DNA of 64,000 nucleotides from an uncultured bacterium (lineage in GTDB: Bacteria; Eisenbacteria; RBG-16-71-46; CAIMUX01), in NCBI GenBank assembly GCA_964636385.1, contig CAZWSC010000078.1, positions 42,874 through 106,873 of the forward strand, written 5' to 3'. Positions within the stretch are counted from its first letter, which is position 1; every line of letters starts with the position of its first letter. The translations under genes were made by a program, and so were the position numbers. Shown piece by piece: positions 17,971-26,347 of this stretch. The notes beneath the pieces are model-generated. The model was not told the DNA's origin and searched no databases. It worked only from the letters and a program-made list of their open reading frames with translations.

Positions 17971-18618
17971 TCAGGCTACGCGGATGCTTCCGTCTTCCTG
18001 CGGTGGATCCATGGCTGCGGCTTCACGGACCGGGGATCTCACCTCGAGAAGTGTCGGTCCGCCCGCAGACATGGGGAGGTCCAGCCACTGCAGCGTGAGC
18101 ACGTCTCCAGGGTTGAAGAGCCGGCTGACCGTCCCCGCCGTGGCTTCATCCAGCCTGAAGAAGATCTCTGCAGATGTCTCCGGGAGGCTGGAGGCCGTCA
18201 GCGGCCAGGAGTGGCCGGGATCATCCCCGTCGGTCACACTCAGATGCAGACCCCACTGATGCGGCTCGTCCTGGATCAGGCGGCATGGACCCTGGCTGAT
18301 CATCACGGGGCGGAGTCCGGCCCGGTGTCCCATAACTGACCATGCTCTGGCCAGATACGCGGACATGACCATGATCCCCATGACGCAGTTGAAGCCCCCG
18401 ATGATTACCATCAGGGTCCGGAAGCTGGGAGTGTCGAGAGGCAGAAACGGCACTGTCTCAAGCCAGCCCGGAAATGACGCCGTGATCGCGAAGTACCCCA
18501 TTGCCCCGAAGGCGACGGCCAGCACAAGCCCTGTTGTGGCGATAACCAGGGGGAGGAGCATTCCGGGCGGCTGCAGGGTGATCGAGTCTGTCCTGTGGAT
18601 GTAGACGGGCGTCCTCAT
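17971..18618 (-). CDS. Hypothetical membrane protein
   Basis: Three or four hydrophobic helices (LLPLVIATTGLVLAVAFGAMGYFAI; LMVIIGGFNCVMGIMVM). No known motif. Confidence 0.4.
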   Translation of the reverse strand: MRTPVYIHRTDSITLQPPGMLLPLVIATTGLVLAVAFGAMGYFAITASFPGWLETVPFLPLDTPSFRTLMVIIGGFNCVMGIMVMSAYLARAWSVMGHRAGLRPVMISQGPCRLIQDEPHQWGLHLSVTDGDDPGHSWPLTASSLPETSAEIFFRLDEATAGTVSRLFNPGDVLTLQWLDLPMSAGGPTLLEVRSPVREAAAMDPPQEDGSIRVA

Positions 18619-18819
18619 GGTACTGGGATCGGCAGGGATCCCGGGGGGCTTGATGCAAAACACCGGCTGGTGTGAAGGCGGCTGCCCGGTTCACAAGGAA
18701 GCTCTGGTGGCCGCGCATGAAGACAGAGGACCGCGTGTCAGGATGTCCGGGTGTCCGTGGCCGGGGAAGTGCGCGGATTGTCGAGAACGGACGCCGGGAG
18801 CTGCTGTCGATCACCGGGC

Positions 18820-19896
18820 CTATCTGTAGATCGTCTTCAGCCTGCTCCATGATGTTTCGACCTGGCTGAACTCGCAGGGCGACGGTATGCAGGAGACTCC
18901 CTCTCCCATGAAGACTCCCCCGGCGTCCAGGCACTCGCCCCACTTCAGCAGTCGGCAATCCAGACCGAGGCAGCAGGCTCCTTCTCCGGGGACGCACGGA
19001 TTCGGCCAGCAGACAGTGTTGTCCCCATGGTAGACGTAACCGAATGCCTCGCAAGTGGCCCTGGTCTGGATGATGCATCGTCCCTGGGGTGTACAGCAGG
19101 CACCGGTGATGGTGTGCCCCCCGCAGGGATTGTAACCGTCGCGGCCGAAGCCGAGTTTGCCAAGACCTTCGACACGATCGACGACCACCGGGATGGAGTC
19201 ATCACCAAAAACCGGCCAGCCCTGGCTTGGATGCTCTGCTATCTCCACGGTATTGCCGGAGTACACATAGCTGGCGAACCACAAAACCTCGTTGATCTGC
19301 GAAGTGAGAGGATCGTCGACCCATACGATGCCTACGCCGGTGCCGTCTCGCGGCCAGCCGTTGCTCTCGAGGACGAACGGAGCATTCGTTCCCCATGCAA
19401 AGGGTTCGACAAGTGGGCTGGAGTACCTCATTCCGAAGGTCACTGCCATAACCGTGGGCCAGGAGAATCCGTCGAACACGGCAAGCACGTAGTAGACGAT
19501 TTCGTCCACCTCCCCTGGCGTACCATCGATGCGGGTTATGGCGTGTTCACAGTCGTAGAGCTCGGCATAACTGCTGTAATCGATTCCGCTGGTGTAGATG
19601 AGAGACGGGTTGGCGTGAAGGATGAGCATTCCGCCTTCGTTGACCCCGCCGGAGGCATGAGGACTCCACGCGCAAAGAGCGATGAGCAGTGAAATGGATA
19701 GATCCCGAATCCGTTTGAACCGACAGCAGTCGGATGGCCTTCGTTCGGATGGGGTGGTTGTAACGGTTTCCGGCGGGCAGGGCTGCGGTTGGGGGGTACC
19801 TGCCCGGTGTCGGGCAGAGAGGCACGGGCCCGCCGGGTGTCGATACGGTATGACAGAACTGCCGCCCAAGGATGTGGAGTGGTGTTGACTGCGCAA
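18820..19896 (-). CDS. Cys-rich secreted or membrane-anchored protein with two tandem ~40-aa six-Cys repeats. Start codon uncertain
   Basis: Hydrophobic signal-like segment RIRDLSISLLIALCAWSPHASGG at residues ~65-88, with no in-frame ATG/GTG/TTG just before it. C-terminal repeats NPCGGHTITGACCTPQGRC...CWPNPC and NPCVPGEGACCLGLDC...CIPSPC. Confidence 0.5.
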   Translation of the reverse strand: MRSQHHSTSLGGSSVIPYRHPAGPCLSARHRAGTPQPQPCPPETVTTTPSERRPSDCCRFKRIRDLSISLLIALCAWSPHASGGVNEGGMLILHANPSLIYTSGIDYSSYAELYDCEHAITRIDGTPGEVDEIVYYVLAVFDGFSWPTVMAVTFGMRYSSPLVEPFAWGTNAPFVLESNGWPRDGTGVGIVWVDDPLTSQINEVLWFASYVYSGNTVEIAEHPSQGWPVFGDDSIPVVVDRVEGLGKLGFGRDGYNPCGGHTITGACCTPQGRCIIQTRATCEAFGYVYHGDNTVCWPNPCVPGEGACCLGLDCRLLKWGECLDAGGVFMGEGVSCIPSPCEFSQVETSWSRLKTIYR

Positions 19897-20000
19897 GGTC
19901 TCTCCGATCAGGAAGCGCCCCGGCGATTCCCCGGGCCAAGCATATCATCCCGTCCGTGACGGAGTACACCCGCGGGGGCCGGCGGTTCAGGGGAGATTCA

Positions 20001-20981
20001 CTACAGCAGTCCGAGAACCTTCCTGACCTCCGCCATGGTCTCCCGGGCGATGGCCCGGGCACGCCTTCCGCCCTCCTCCAGAATCTCCTCGACCATGCCG
20101 GGGGAGCTTTCGAGGTCGGCGGCCTTCGCCTGGATCGGCTCAAGGGTGGCCATCAGGTTCCTGTGCAGCATCTTCTTGCAGTCCACACACCCGATCCCCG
20201 CGATGCGGCACTCCCTGTCAACCGTGGCGATCGTCTCCTCGTCGGAGAAGTTCCGGTGCAGGGTGAAGATATTGCAGATGCCGGGGTCTCCTGGATCGGT
20301 CCGGCGCTTCCGGTTCTCATCTGTCATCGCCGGGGCCAGCTTCTTCCAGACAGAGTCGGAGCCCTCCAGAACCCCGATGTAGTTGTTGAGGGACTTGCTC
20401 ATCTTGCTTCTGCCGTCCATTCCCATGATCCGCCCCCCCTCCCTCGGGACAAGCTGTGCGGGCTCGGGGAACACCCCGGCGAAGCGGGCGTTGAACTTCC
20501 GGGCAATCTCCCTGGTCAGTTCAATGTGCTGAACCTGATCCTCACCGACAGGGACCGCCACGGCCTTGTACAGGAGAATGTCGGCTGCCTGAAGCACCGG
20601 ATAGGTGAAGAGGCCGGCGTTGATATTGTCCTCGTGCTGGCGGCTCTTCTCCTTGAACTGTGTCATCCTGGAAAGGTCGCCCATGGGGGTGACGGTGTTG
20701 AGGATCCAGGCAAGCTCTGTGTGCTCCGGTACGTGTGACTGAACGAACAGGGTGCATAGCGCGGGGTCCAGGCCGCAGGCAATGTTCACCCTTGCAGCAT
20801 CCAGGATCCTCTGCTTCATGGACTGAACATCGTACTGGATTGTAACGGCATGGTAGTCGACGACGCAGAATATGCACTCATACCGATCGAGGAGTTTAAC
20901 CCAGTTGCGGATTGCCCCGCAGTAGTTCCCTATGTGAATGTCGCCACTGGGCTGAATGCCGCTGAAGAGAAAGGGCTTCAC
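20001..20981 (-). CDS. trpS: Tryptophan--tRNA ligase
   Basis: HIGH-type motif (SGIQPSGDIHIGNY) and KMSKS. Length and overall fit to class I TrpRS. Confidence 0.9.
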   Translation of the reverse strand: MKPFLFSGIQPSGDIHIGNYCGAIRNWVKLLDRYECIFCVVDYHAVTIQYDVQSMKQRILDAARVNIACGLDPALCTLFVQSHVPEHTELAWILNTVTPMGDLSRMTQFKEKSRQHEDNINAGLFTYPVLQAADILLYKAVAVPVGEDQVQHIELTREIARKFNARFAGVFPEPAQLVPREGGRIMGMDGRSKMSKSLNNYIGVLEGSDSVWKKLAPAMTDENRKRRTDPGDPGICNIFTLHRNFSDEETIATVDRECRIAGIGCVDCKKMLHRNLMATLEPIQAKAADLESSPGMVEEILEEGGRRARAIARETMAEVRKVLGLL

Positions 20982-21093
20982 CTGAACCTCCCGATGCGCC
21001 CCCGGCAGCCGTGCATGGCAGGACCGGTGAGCCGGGGCAGAAAGACGGGGAACGGAAAAGCCCGCCCCCCGTCACATGTGTCATTCGATTTGG

Positions 21094-21603
21094 CTAGCGG
21101 ACGGCAAGTTCGACGAGCTTCGCGATCTTCTCGTACCGGCGGAGGCTGATGTTCGGGTTGTACTTCAGAAGGAGTTCCCGAAGATCGGCACAGAATGTCG
21201 AGTGGCTTGCCTGGCGAACCACCCTCTTGCTCCGCTTGCGGGCAACCTTGCGGGGCCTGGACAACCTTGCGACCGGCGCGGCCGCAGCGACCGGCTTGCG
21301 AACCGCCTTGCGCGCGACCTTCCTCACGGCCTTCTTCGCCTTGCGGGCCACCTTGCGTACGGCCTTCTTCCGGGCCGGACCGGCAACCACGATCCTCGCA
21401 CCCTTGCGCCGGCCACGGCTGATACCGGCCTTCCTCGCCTTGTTGTTTACTGTGGGGAGCGAGACGCCGTGCTTGTGGGCGATCTCGCGATAGCTGAGCT
21501 TGCCTGCCCTGATGTCGGCTATGATCGCCTTTTCCCGCTTCAGCAGGTCGATCTTTCCGGTACTTCTGGTCCGAGTGGTCCTTCTCGCCTTTGATGCCTT
21601 CAT
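21094..21603 (-). CDS. Small DNA-binding protein: N-terminal helix-turn-helix followed by histone H1-like KKAVRKVARKA repeats
   Basis: LSYREIAHKHGVSLPTVNNKARKAG looks like an HTH. Then ARKKAVRKVARKAKKAVRKVARKAVRKPVAAAAP. GGAAGGAG sits 8 nt before the ATG at 21603. Confidence 0.55.
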   Translation of the reverse strand: MKASKARRTTRTRSTGKIDLLKREKAIIADIRAGKLSYREIAHKHGVSLPTVNNKARKAGISRGRRKGARIVVAGPARKKAVRKVARKAKKAVRKVARKAVRKPVAAAAPVARLSRPRKVARKRSKRVVRQASHSTFCADLRELLLKYNPNISLRRYEKIAKLVELAVR

Positions 21604-22102
21604 GGCTGTCACTCCTTCCGGTTCCTTGCACGACCGCGCAACCAAGTCAACTTCTGCATCCTCCAGGGGACTCGGTGTCTCTCCGTCAACCAGGTGTCAG
21701 CCGGGCTGACAGGCGCGCCGTGCCGGTGCCTTCCGAGGCATGGAGGATGCACACGACATTGGATGCAGTATGGAAAGACTCCGCATGTGTGTCAACCTGC
21801 TTATAACAGATTTCGAGCAATAACCGGCATGGATCGTGTGCATTGGCGTTGGAAATTGATAATCGAACGTAGTGGTGATGGTGAGCCGGATGTCCCGCAT
21901 ATCGGCCTTGTACTTCACACATGATTCCTGCCCATTCGACCGGTACAGGTGTGTGTTGCCTTCGCAGTGTTCGGCAGGTGCGTGGAAGGGTCTGAACCTG
22001 CGTTCCGCTCTGCGCATGGAAATGCGATGACACGGAGGTGCCGTCTGAGTACTCTTCCTGGAATGCCCGGTTGGTCCCGGTGCGGACAGGAGGTGTAGCC
22101 TT

Positions 22103-23899
22103 ATGATCTCCGGGGGGAGTCACCCGCAGCAAGAGGAGAGGGCCGTTCAACTGGAGGTTGATTTCACTGCCGAAGTGAAGAGTCCGGAAGCCATGGCTGC
22201 TGCCGCGCGCGCCGGTGCGGCCAGAAGGAAGGAGCAGAAACGCGCGCCTTCCGGCAAAGCCACCCCGGATCCAACATCGACCAGAGGCGACTCCGCCACT
22301 GTCCGCGGCAGGGGAAGGCGTCGTGCCCGGGATTCAAAACCGTTGTCGGCCAAGGAGATGGCTTCCAGGCAGCGGGATATCTCGGTATCGGAGTTTTTTT
22401 CCAAAAACCGCCATCTCCTGGGCTTTGACAACCCCTCCAAGGCGCTCCTCACAACAGTGAAGGAAGCTGTGGACAACTCCCTGGACGCCTGCGAGGAAGC
22501 AGGTATTCTTCCGGACCTGCAGGTGGAGATCAGGCGCGTGGCAGAGGATCGTTACGCTGTTGCTGTACAGGACAACGGCCCGGGAATAGTGCGCAGCCAG
22601 GTGCCCAGGATATTCGGGAGGTTGCTGTACGGTTCGAAGTTCCACAGCCTGAAACAGAGCCGGGGGCAGCAGGGGATCGGCATCTCCGCCGCAGGCATGT
22701 ACGGTCTGATGACAACCGGCAAGCCGATACGCGTGATCTCGAGAACCGCCGCGAAAAGCCCTGCACACCTTTTCGAGCTGGTCATCGACACGGTCAGGAA
22801 CGAGCCGGAGCTGCTGGTGGATACGGAGGTGGAGTGGGATCAGGATCACGGCACGCGCGTCGAGATCACCCTCCAGGGGACGTACAAGAGGGGCCGCCAT
22901 TCGGTGGATGGCTATCTCAAGCAGATCGCCATTGCCAATCCGCACGCCCGGATCATCTACCATCCGCCGGAGCCGGAGGAGGGGCCGGTTCTGCTGGACA
23001 GGGTTTCCTCAGAGCTGCCGCCGGAACCGATCGAGATCAAACCGCATCCCCACGGTGTTGAGCTCGGACTGCTCCTGAAGATGCTGAAGGAGACCCGGGA
23101 GAGGCATCTCGCGCAGTTCCTCAACAGGGAGTTTTCCAGAGTGAGCCCCAGGGCGGCGGGGGAGATGCTCGAAGCGTCCGCCCTGTCCGCCAGGACGCGG
23201 CCGTCAAGGCTGTCAAACGGGGATGCGGAGCGTCTGCACGGGGCGATGACGCAGGCGAAGATCATGGCCCCGCCGGCGGACTGCGTCTCCCCGATCGGAG
23301 AGGAGCTTCTCTTCAGGGCCCTGAAGCAGGATGTGGAGACGGACTTCTACACATCCGTGACTCGTCCTCCCTCCGTGTACAGGGGCAATCCATTCCAGAT
23401 TGAGGTCGGCATGGCCTACGGTGGGCGCCTGCCGCAGGATGAAACCATAACGCTGTACCGATATGCAAACCGGGTTCCACTGCAGTATCAGCAGTCGGCC
23501 TGTGCGATTACAAAGGCAGTTCTGAGCATCGACTGGAAGAAGTACCACCTGTCCCAGGCCAGGGGAGCCCTCCCCGCAGGGCCGCTCATCCTGGTTGTGC
23601 ACATCGCATCCGTATGGGTGCCGTTCACATCCGAATCGAAGGAGGCGGTGGCGCACTATCCCGAGATCATACGCGAGATCAGGCTCGCTCTGCAGGAGGC
23701 CGGAAGGCGCGTCGGGGCGCACATAGGCAGGGTCAGGCGGGCGAAGGAAGAGGGCAAGAAGCGGTCGTACATACAGAAGTACATTCCCCACATCGGTTAT
23801 GCGCTGCAGGAGATCCTGGGGCTCAAGGATCCCGAGAGGGACAGCACGATCGAGATCCTGACCGACGTGTTGGAGAAGAGCCGGACTCAGCCGGGGTAA
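22103..23899 (+). CDS. top6B: DNA topoisomerase VI subunit B (GHKL/Bergerat ATPase) with a ~85-aa basic N-terminal extension
   Basis: SVSEFFSKNRHLLGFDNPSKALLTTVKEAVDNSLDA, KPHPHGVE and YRGNPFQIEVGMAYGG...LYRYANRVPLQY align with archaeal Top6B. AGGAGG sits 9 nt before the ATG at 22103. The internal ATG at 22358 has no spacer after its SD. Confidence 0.85.
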   Translation: MISGGSHPQQEERAVQLEVDFTAEVKSPEAMAAAARAGAARRKEQKRAPSGKATPDPTSTRGDSATVRGRGRRRARDSKPLSAKEMASRQRDISVSEFFSKNRHLLGFDNPSKALLTTVKEAVDNSLDACEEAGILPDLQVEIRRVAEDRYAVAVQDNGPGIVRSQVPRIFGRLLYGSKFHSLKQSRGQQGIGISAAGMYGLMTTGKPIRVISRTAAKSPAHLFELVIDTVRNEPELLVDTEVEWDQDHGTRVEITLQGTYKRGRHSVDGYLKQIAIANPHARIIYHPPEPEEGPVLLDRVSSELPPEPIEIKPHPHGVELGLLLKMLKETRERHLAQFLNREFSRVSPRAAGEMLEASALSARTRPSRLSNGDAERLHGAMTQAKIMAPPADCVSPIGEELLFRALKQDVETDFYTSVTRPPSVYRGNPFQIEVGMAYGGRLPQDETITLYRYANRVPLQYQQSACAITKAVLSIDWKKYHLSQARGALPAGPLILVVHIASVWVPFTSESKEAVAHYPEIIREIRLALQEAGRRVGAHIGRVRRAKEEGKKRSYIQKYIPHIGYALQEILGLKDPERDSTIEILTDVLEKSRTQPG

Positions 23900-23968
23900 T
23901 AGCACGGCCGTCGGGGAACGCCCCTGGTTCCCTGGCGGAATCCGGGCAGGGACGACAGGAGCATCGGG

Positions 23969-25114
23969 ATGGCAGCTGGACGCAGGAATCGCAAGGACAT
24001 CAGGCAGAAGAACGAGGAGAAGGACAGGCAGACTCTGTCCCTAATCTCCGGGACCGCGGGGGAGATACACACCCGCGTGCTCAAGAGGCGCAAGCCGGAC
24101 CTGCGGTTCCCGGTTCGTGCGTTGTCGAATGTGAGCTACTCGGAGAAGAACGGATACCTGGAGATAGGGAAGGCGAAGAAGGTACGGACACTCACCGTGA
24201 ACACCGTGAAAGCGTTTGCCCAGACGCTGAGAATGATGTCCCTCTCGAAGAGTCTGATCGAGACCAACGACTTCGCGACCAAGAGGGACGCGTACTACCA
24301 GTCGAAGAACTGGGGCGAGGCGATGTTCCAGGATCAGCCCGAGTCGGATACCGTCATGGACGACATCGAGGCCCTCTTCTCTGTTCACAACGTCAGCCGC
24401 GAGCAGCTTCGCTTCATACCGGACGAGCACGGCGGAGCCGTTGCGGGCGAGCTGGTGGTCCTGGATCCCGATCTGGAATCCGGACGCGTCGAACGCATCG
24501 ACTGCACACGATTCGGCTCGGGCGCCTATTCCATCCCGGGTTCCGTGGAACAACTATCCTTCGAGACGGATGCCGGGTTCATCCTGGCCATTGAGACGGG
24601 CGGTATGTTCCAGAGGCTGCAGAATCACAAGTTCTGGGCGAAAGCCAACTGCATCCTGGTGTCGATGGGGGGCGTTCCCACCCGCGCCACCAGGCGGTTC
24701 ATCCGCAAGCTTTCGGACGAGAGGAAGATCCCGGTCTACGCGTTCGTTGACTGCGATCCCTACGGGATCTCCAACATCTACCGCACGCTCAAGGTGGGCA
24801 GCGGCAATGCCGCCCACATCAACCGCTTCTTCTGTGTTCCACAGGCCAGGTTCCTCGGGGTCACGCCGCGCGACATCGTGGAGTACAAGCTCCCGACCCA
24901 TCCCCTGAAGGAGGTGGACGTGAAGCGTGCGAAGGATGCGATAAGAAACGATCCGTTCTTCAGGCACCACAAGCCGTGGGTGAAGGCGATGAGCGAACTC
25001 CTGAAGATGGGTGTTCGCGCCGAACAGCAGGCCCTTGCGAAGTGGGGACTGAACTACGTGATCGAGGAGTACCTGCCGGCGAAGCTGGCAAATCCCAGGC
25101 TGTTCCTGCCCTAG
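23969..25114 (+). CDS. top6A: DNA topoisomerase VI subunit A (Spo11-like, Toprim)
   Basis: Toprim acidic motif YAFVDCDPYGISNIY. Spo11/Top6A-like winged-helix region. AGGAG RBS. Immediately downstream of top6B. Confidence 0.85.
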   Translation: MAAGRRNRKDIRQKNEEKDRQTLSLISGTAGEIHTRVLKRRKPDLRFPVRALSNVSYSEKNGYLEIGKAKKVRTLTVNTVKAFAQTLRMMSLSKSLIETNDFATKRDAYYQSKNWGEAMFQDQPESDTVMDDIEALFSVHNVSREQLRFIPDEHGGAVAGELVVLDPDLESGRVERIDCTRFGSGAYSIPGSVEQLSFETDAGFILAIETGGMFQRLQNHKFWAKANCILVSMGGVPTRATRRFIRKLSDERKIPVYAFVDCDPYGISNIYRTLKVGSGNAAHINRFFCVPQARFLGVTPRDIVEYKLPTHPLKEVDVKRAKDAIRNDPFFRHHKPWVKAMSELLKMGVRAEQQALAKWGLNYVIEEYLPAKLANPRLFLP

Positions 25115-25200
25115 CCGGTCTGGTCCGTCCGGGCCGGCCCTCACCTCCGGGCGGCTATGAGGATTGCGCCTGTCGCCCGGCACAAGCCGAAGGAGGGGCC

Positions 25201-26247
25201 ATGCCGTCGCGCTCTCTTACACTGCTGATGCTGTCCGCGATCGTACTCGCGGTACTGGCCCTGTCGGTCTGGCAGAGGGCTGCCGAGGATGCAGGCGCAC
25301 CGGTGCAGCGGACCATCACCCCGATCATAATGGGAACAACGTGCCGGCTTACAGTTGTCGGACGCCCCGATCTCGTCGATTCGGCCCTGGAGAAGGCCTT
25401 TGCCGAGTTGGCGGAGGTCAACCGCCTGGCTTCGACCTATGACCCTCAAAGTCCCCTGAGCCTGTTCAACGCGGCACCGGCGGATGCCGGGTTCCTGCTG
25501 GATCCTCCGCTTCTCGATGTCATGCGCGTATCGCTGGAATTCTCGGTGAGGACGGGAGGGGCCTTCGACATCACGATGAGGCCCCTCGGATTGCTCTGGA
25601 GGGAATCCGGAAAGGCGGGACTGCTGCCATCCGATGCCTCGATCGACTCCGCGCTTGCCCTGGTTGGACACGAAAGCCTGGTGCTGGGCGACTCCACGGC
25701 GACCAGGACCATTGAGGGGATGCAGGTGTCGCTGGACGCCATCATCAAGGGATATGCCGTGGATCAGGCGTTGAAGGCGATGCAGGATGCGGGAATGTCG
25801 GCCGGGCTGGTGGAGGTCGGCGGCGACCTCGCCTGTTTCGGAGCCCCGCCCGGTGCGCAGGGGTGGAGGATCGGCGTGCAGGACCCATGGGCGGAGAGGA
25901 ACATCGGGGTGCTGCAGGTTCCTCCGGAGGGGATCCCCTCCATCGGCATCTGCACCTCCGGCAACTACCGCAGATTCGTGGAGATCGAAGGCGTCCGCTA
26001 CAGCCACATCGTGGATCCCCGCACAGGTCGGCCTGCTGATGCCATACCGGGCGTAACGGTTATCGCACCCGACGCAATGACGGCCGATGCGTGGGCCACC
26101 GCTCTATCGGTTCTGTCAGTCGGGGAAGGGCGCCTGCTTGTGGAAGCCGAGCCGGGAGTGGAGGCGCTCTGGATCGGAGGGAGCGAGTCGGATCCCCGGA
26201 TGGAGGAGAGCCGGGGGTTTTCCGGGTATTGGGCGAACAGCCGGTAG
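25201..26247 (+). CDS. apbE: FAD:protein FMN transferase (ApbE family), exported
   Basis: Signal/TM MPSRSLTLLMLSAIVLAVLALS. ApbE-like regions (GAFDITMRPLGL; IIKGYAVDQAL; ICTSGNYRRF). Confidence 0.75.
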   Translation: MPSRSLTLLMLSAIVLAVLALSVWQRAAEDAGAPVQRTITPIIMGTTCRLTVVGRPDLVDSALEKAFAELAEVNRLASTYDPQSPLSLFNAAPADAGFLLDPPLLDVMRVSLEFSVRTGGAFDITMRPLGLLWRESGKAGLLPSDASIDSALALVGHESLVLGDSTATRTIEGMQVSLDAIIKGYAVDQALKAMQDAGMSAGLVEVGGDLACFGAPPGAQGWRIGVQDPWAERNIGVLQVPPEGIPSIGICTSGNYRRFVEIEGVRYSHIVDPRTGRPADAIPGVTVIAPDAMTADAWATALSVLSVGEGRLLVEAEPGVEALWIGGSESDPRMEESRGFSGYWANSR

Positions 26248-26347
26248 GTGGGAGCGATGGATCTCGCGTGCGGATACTGCGGTCTCGGGCAGTACCATCC
26301 GGGAGTCCCCGGCTGCGGCACCGGGGATGCGCGCAGATCATGCGGAC

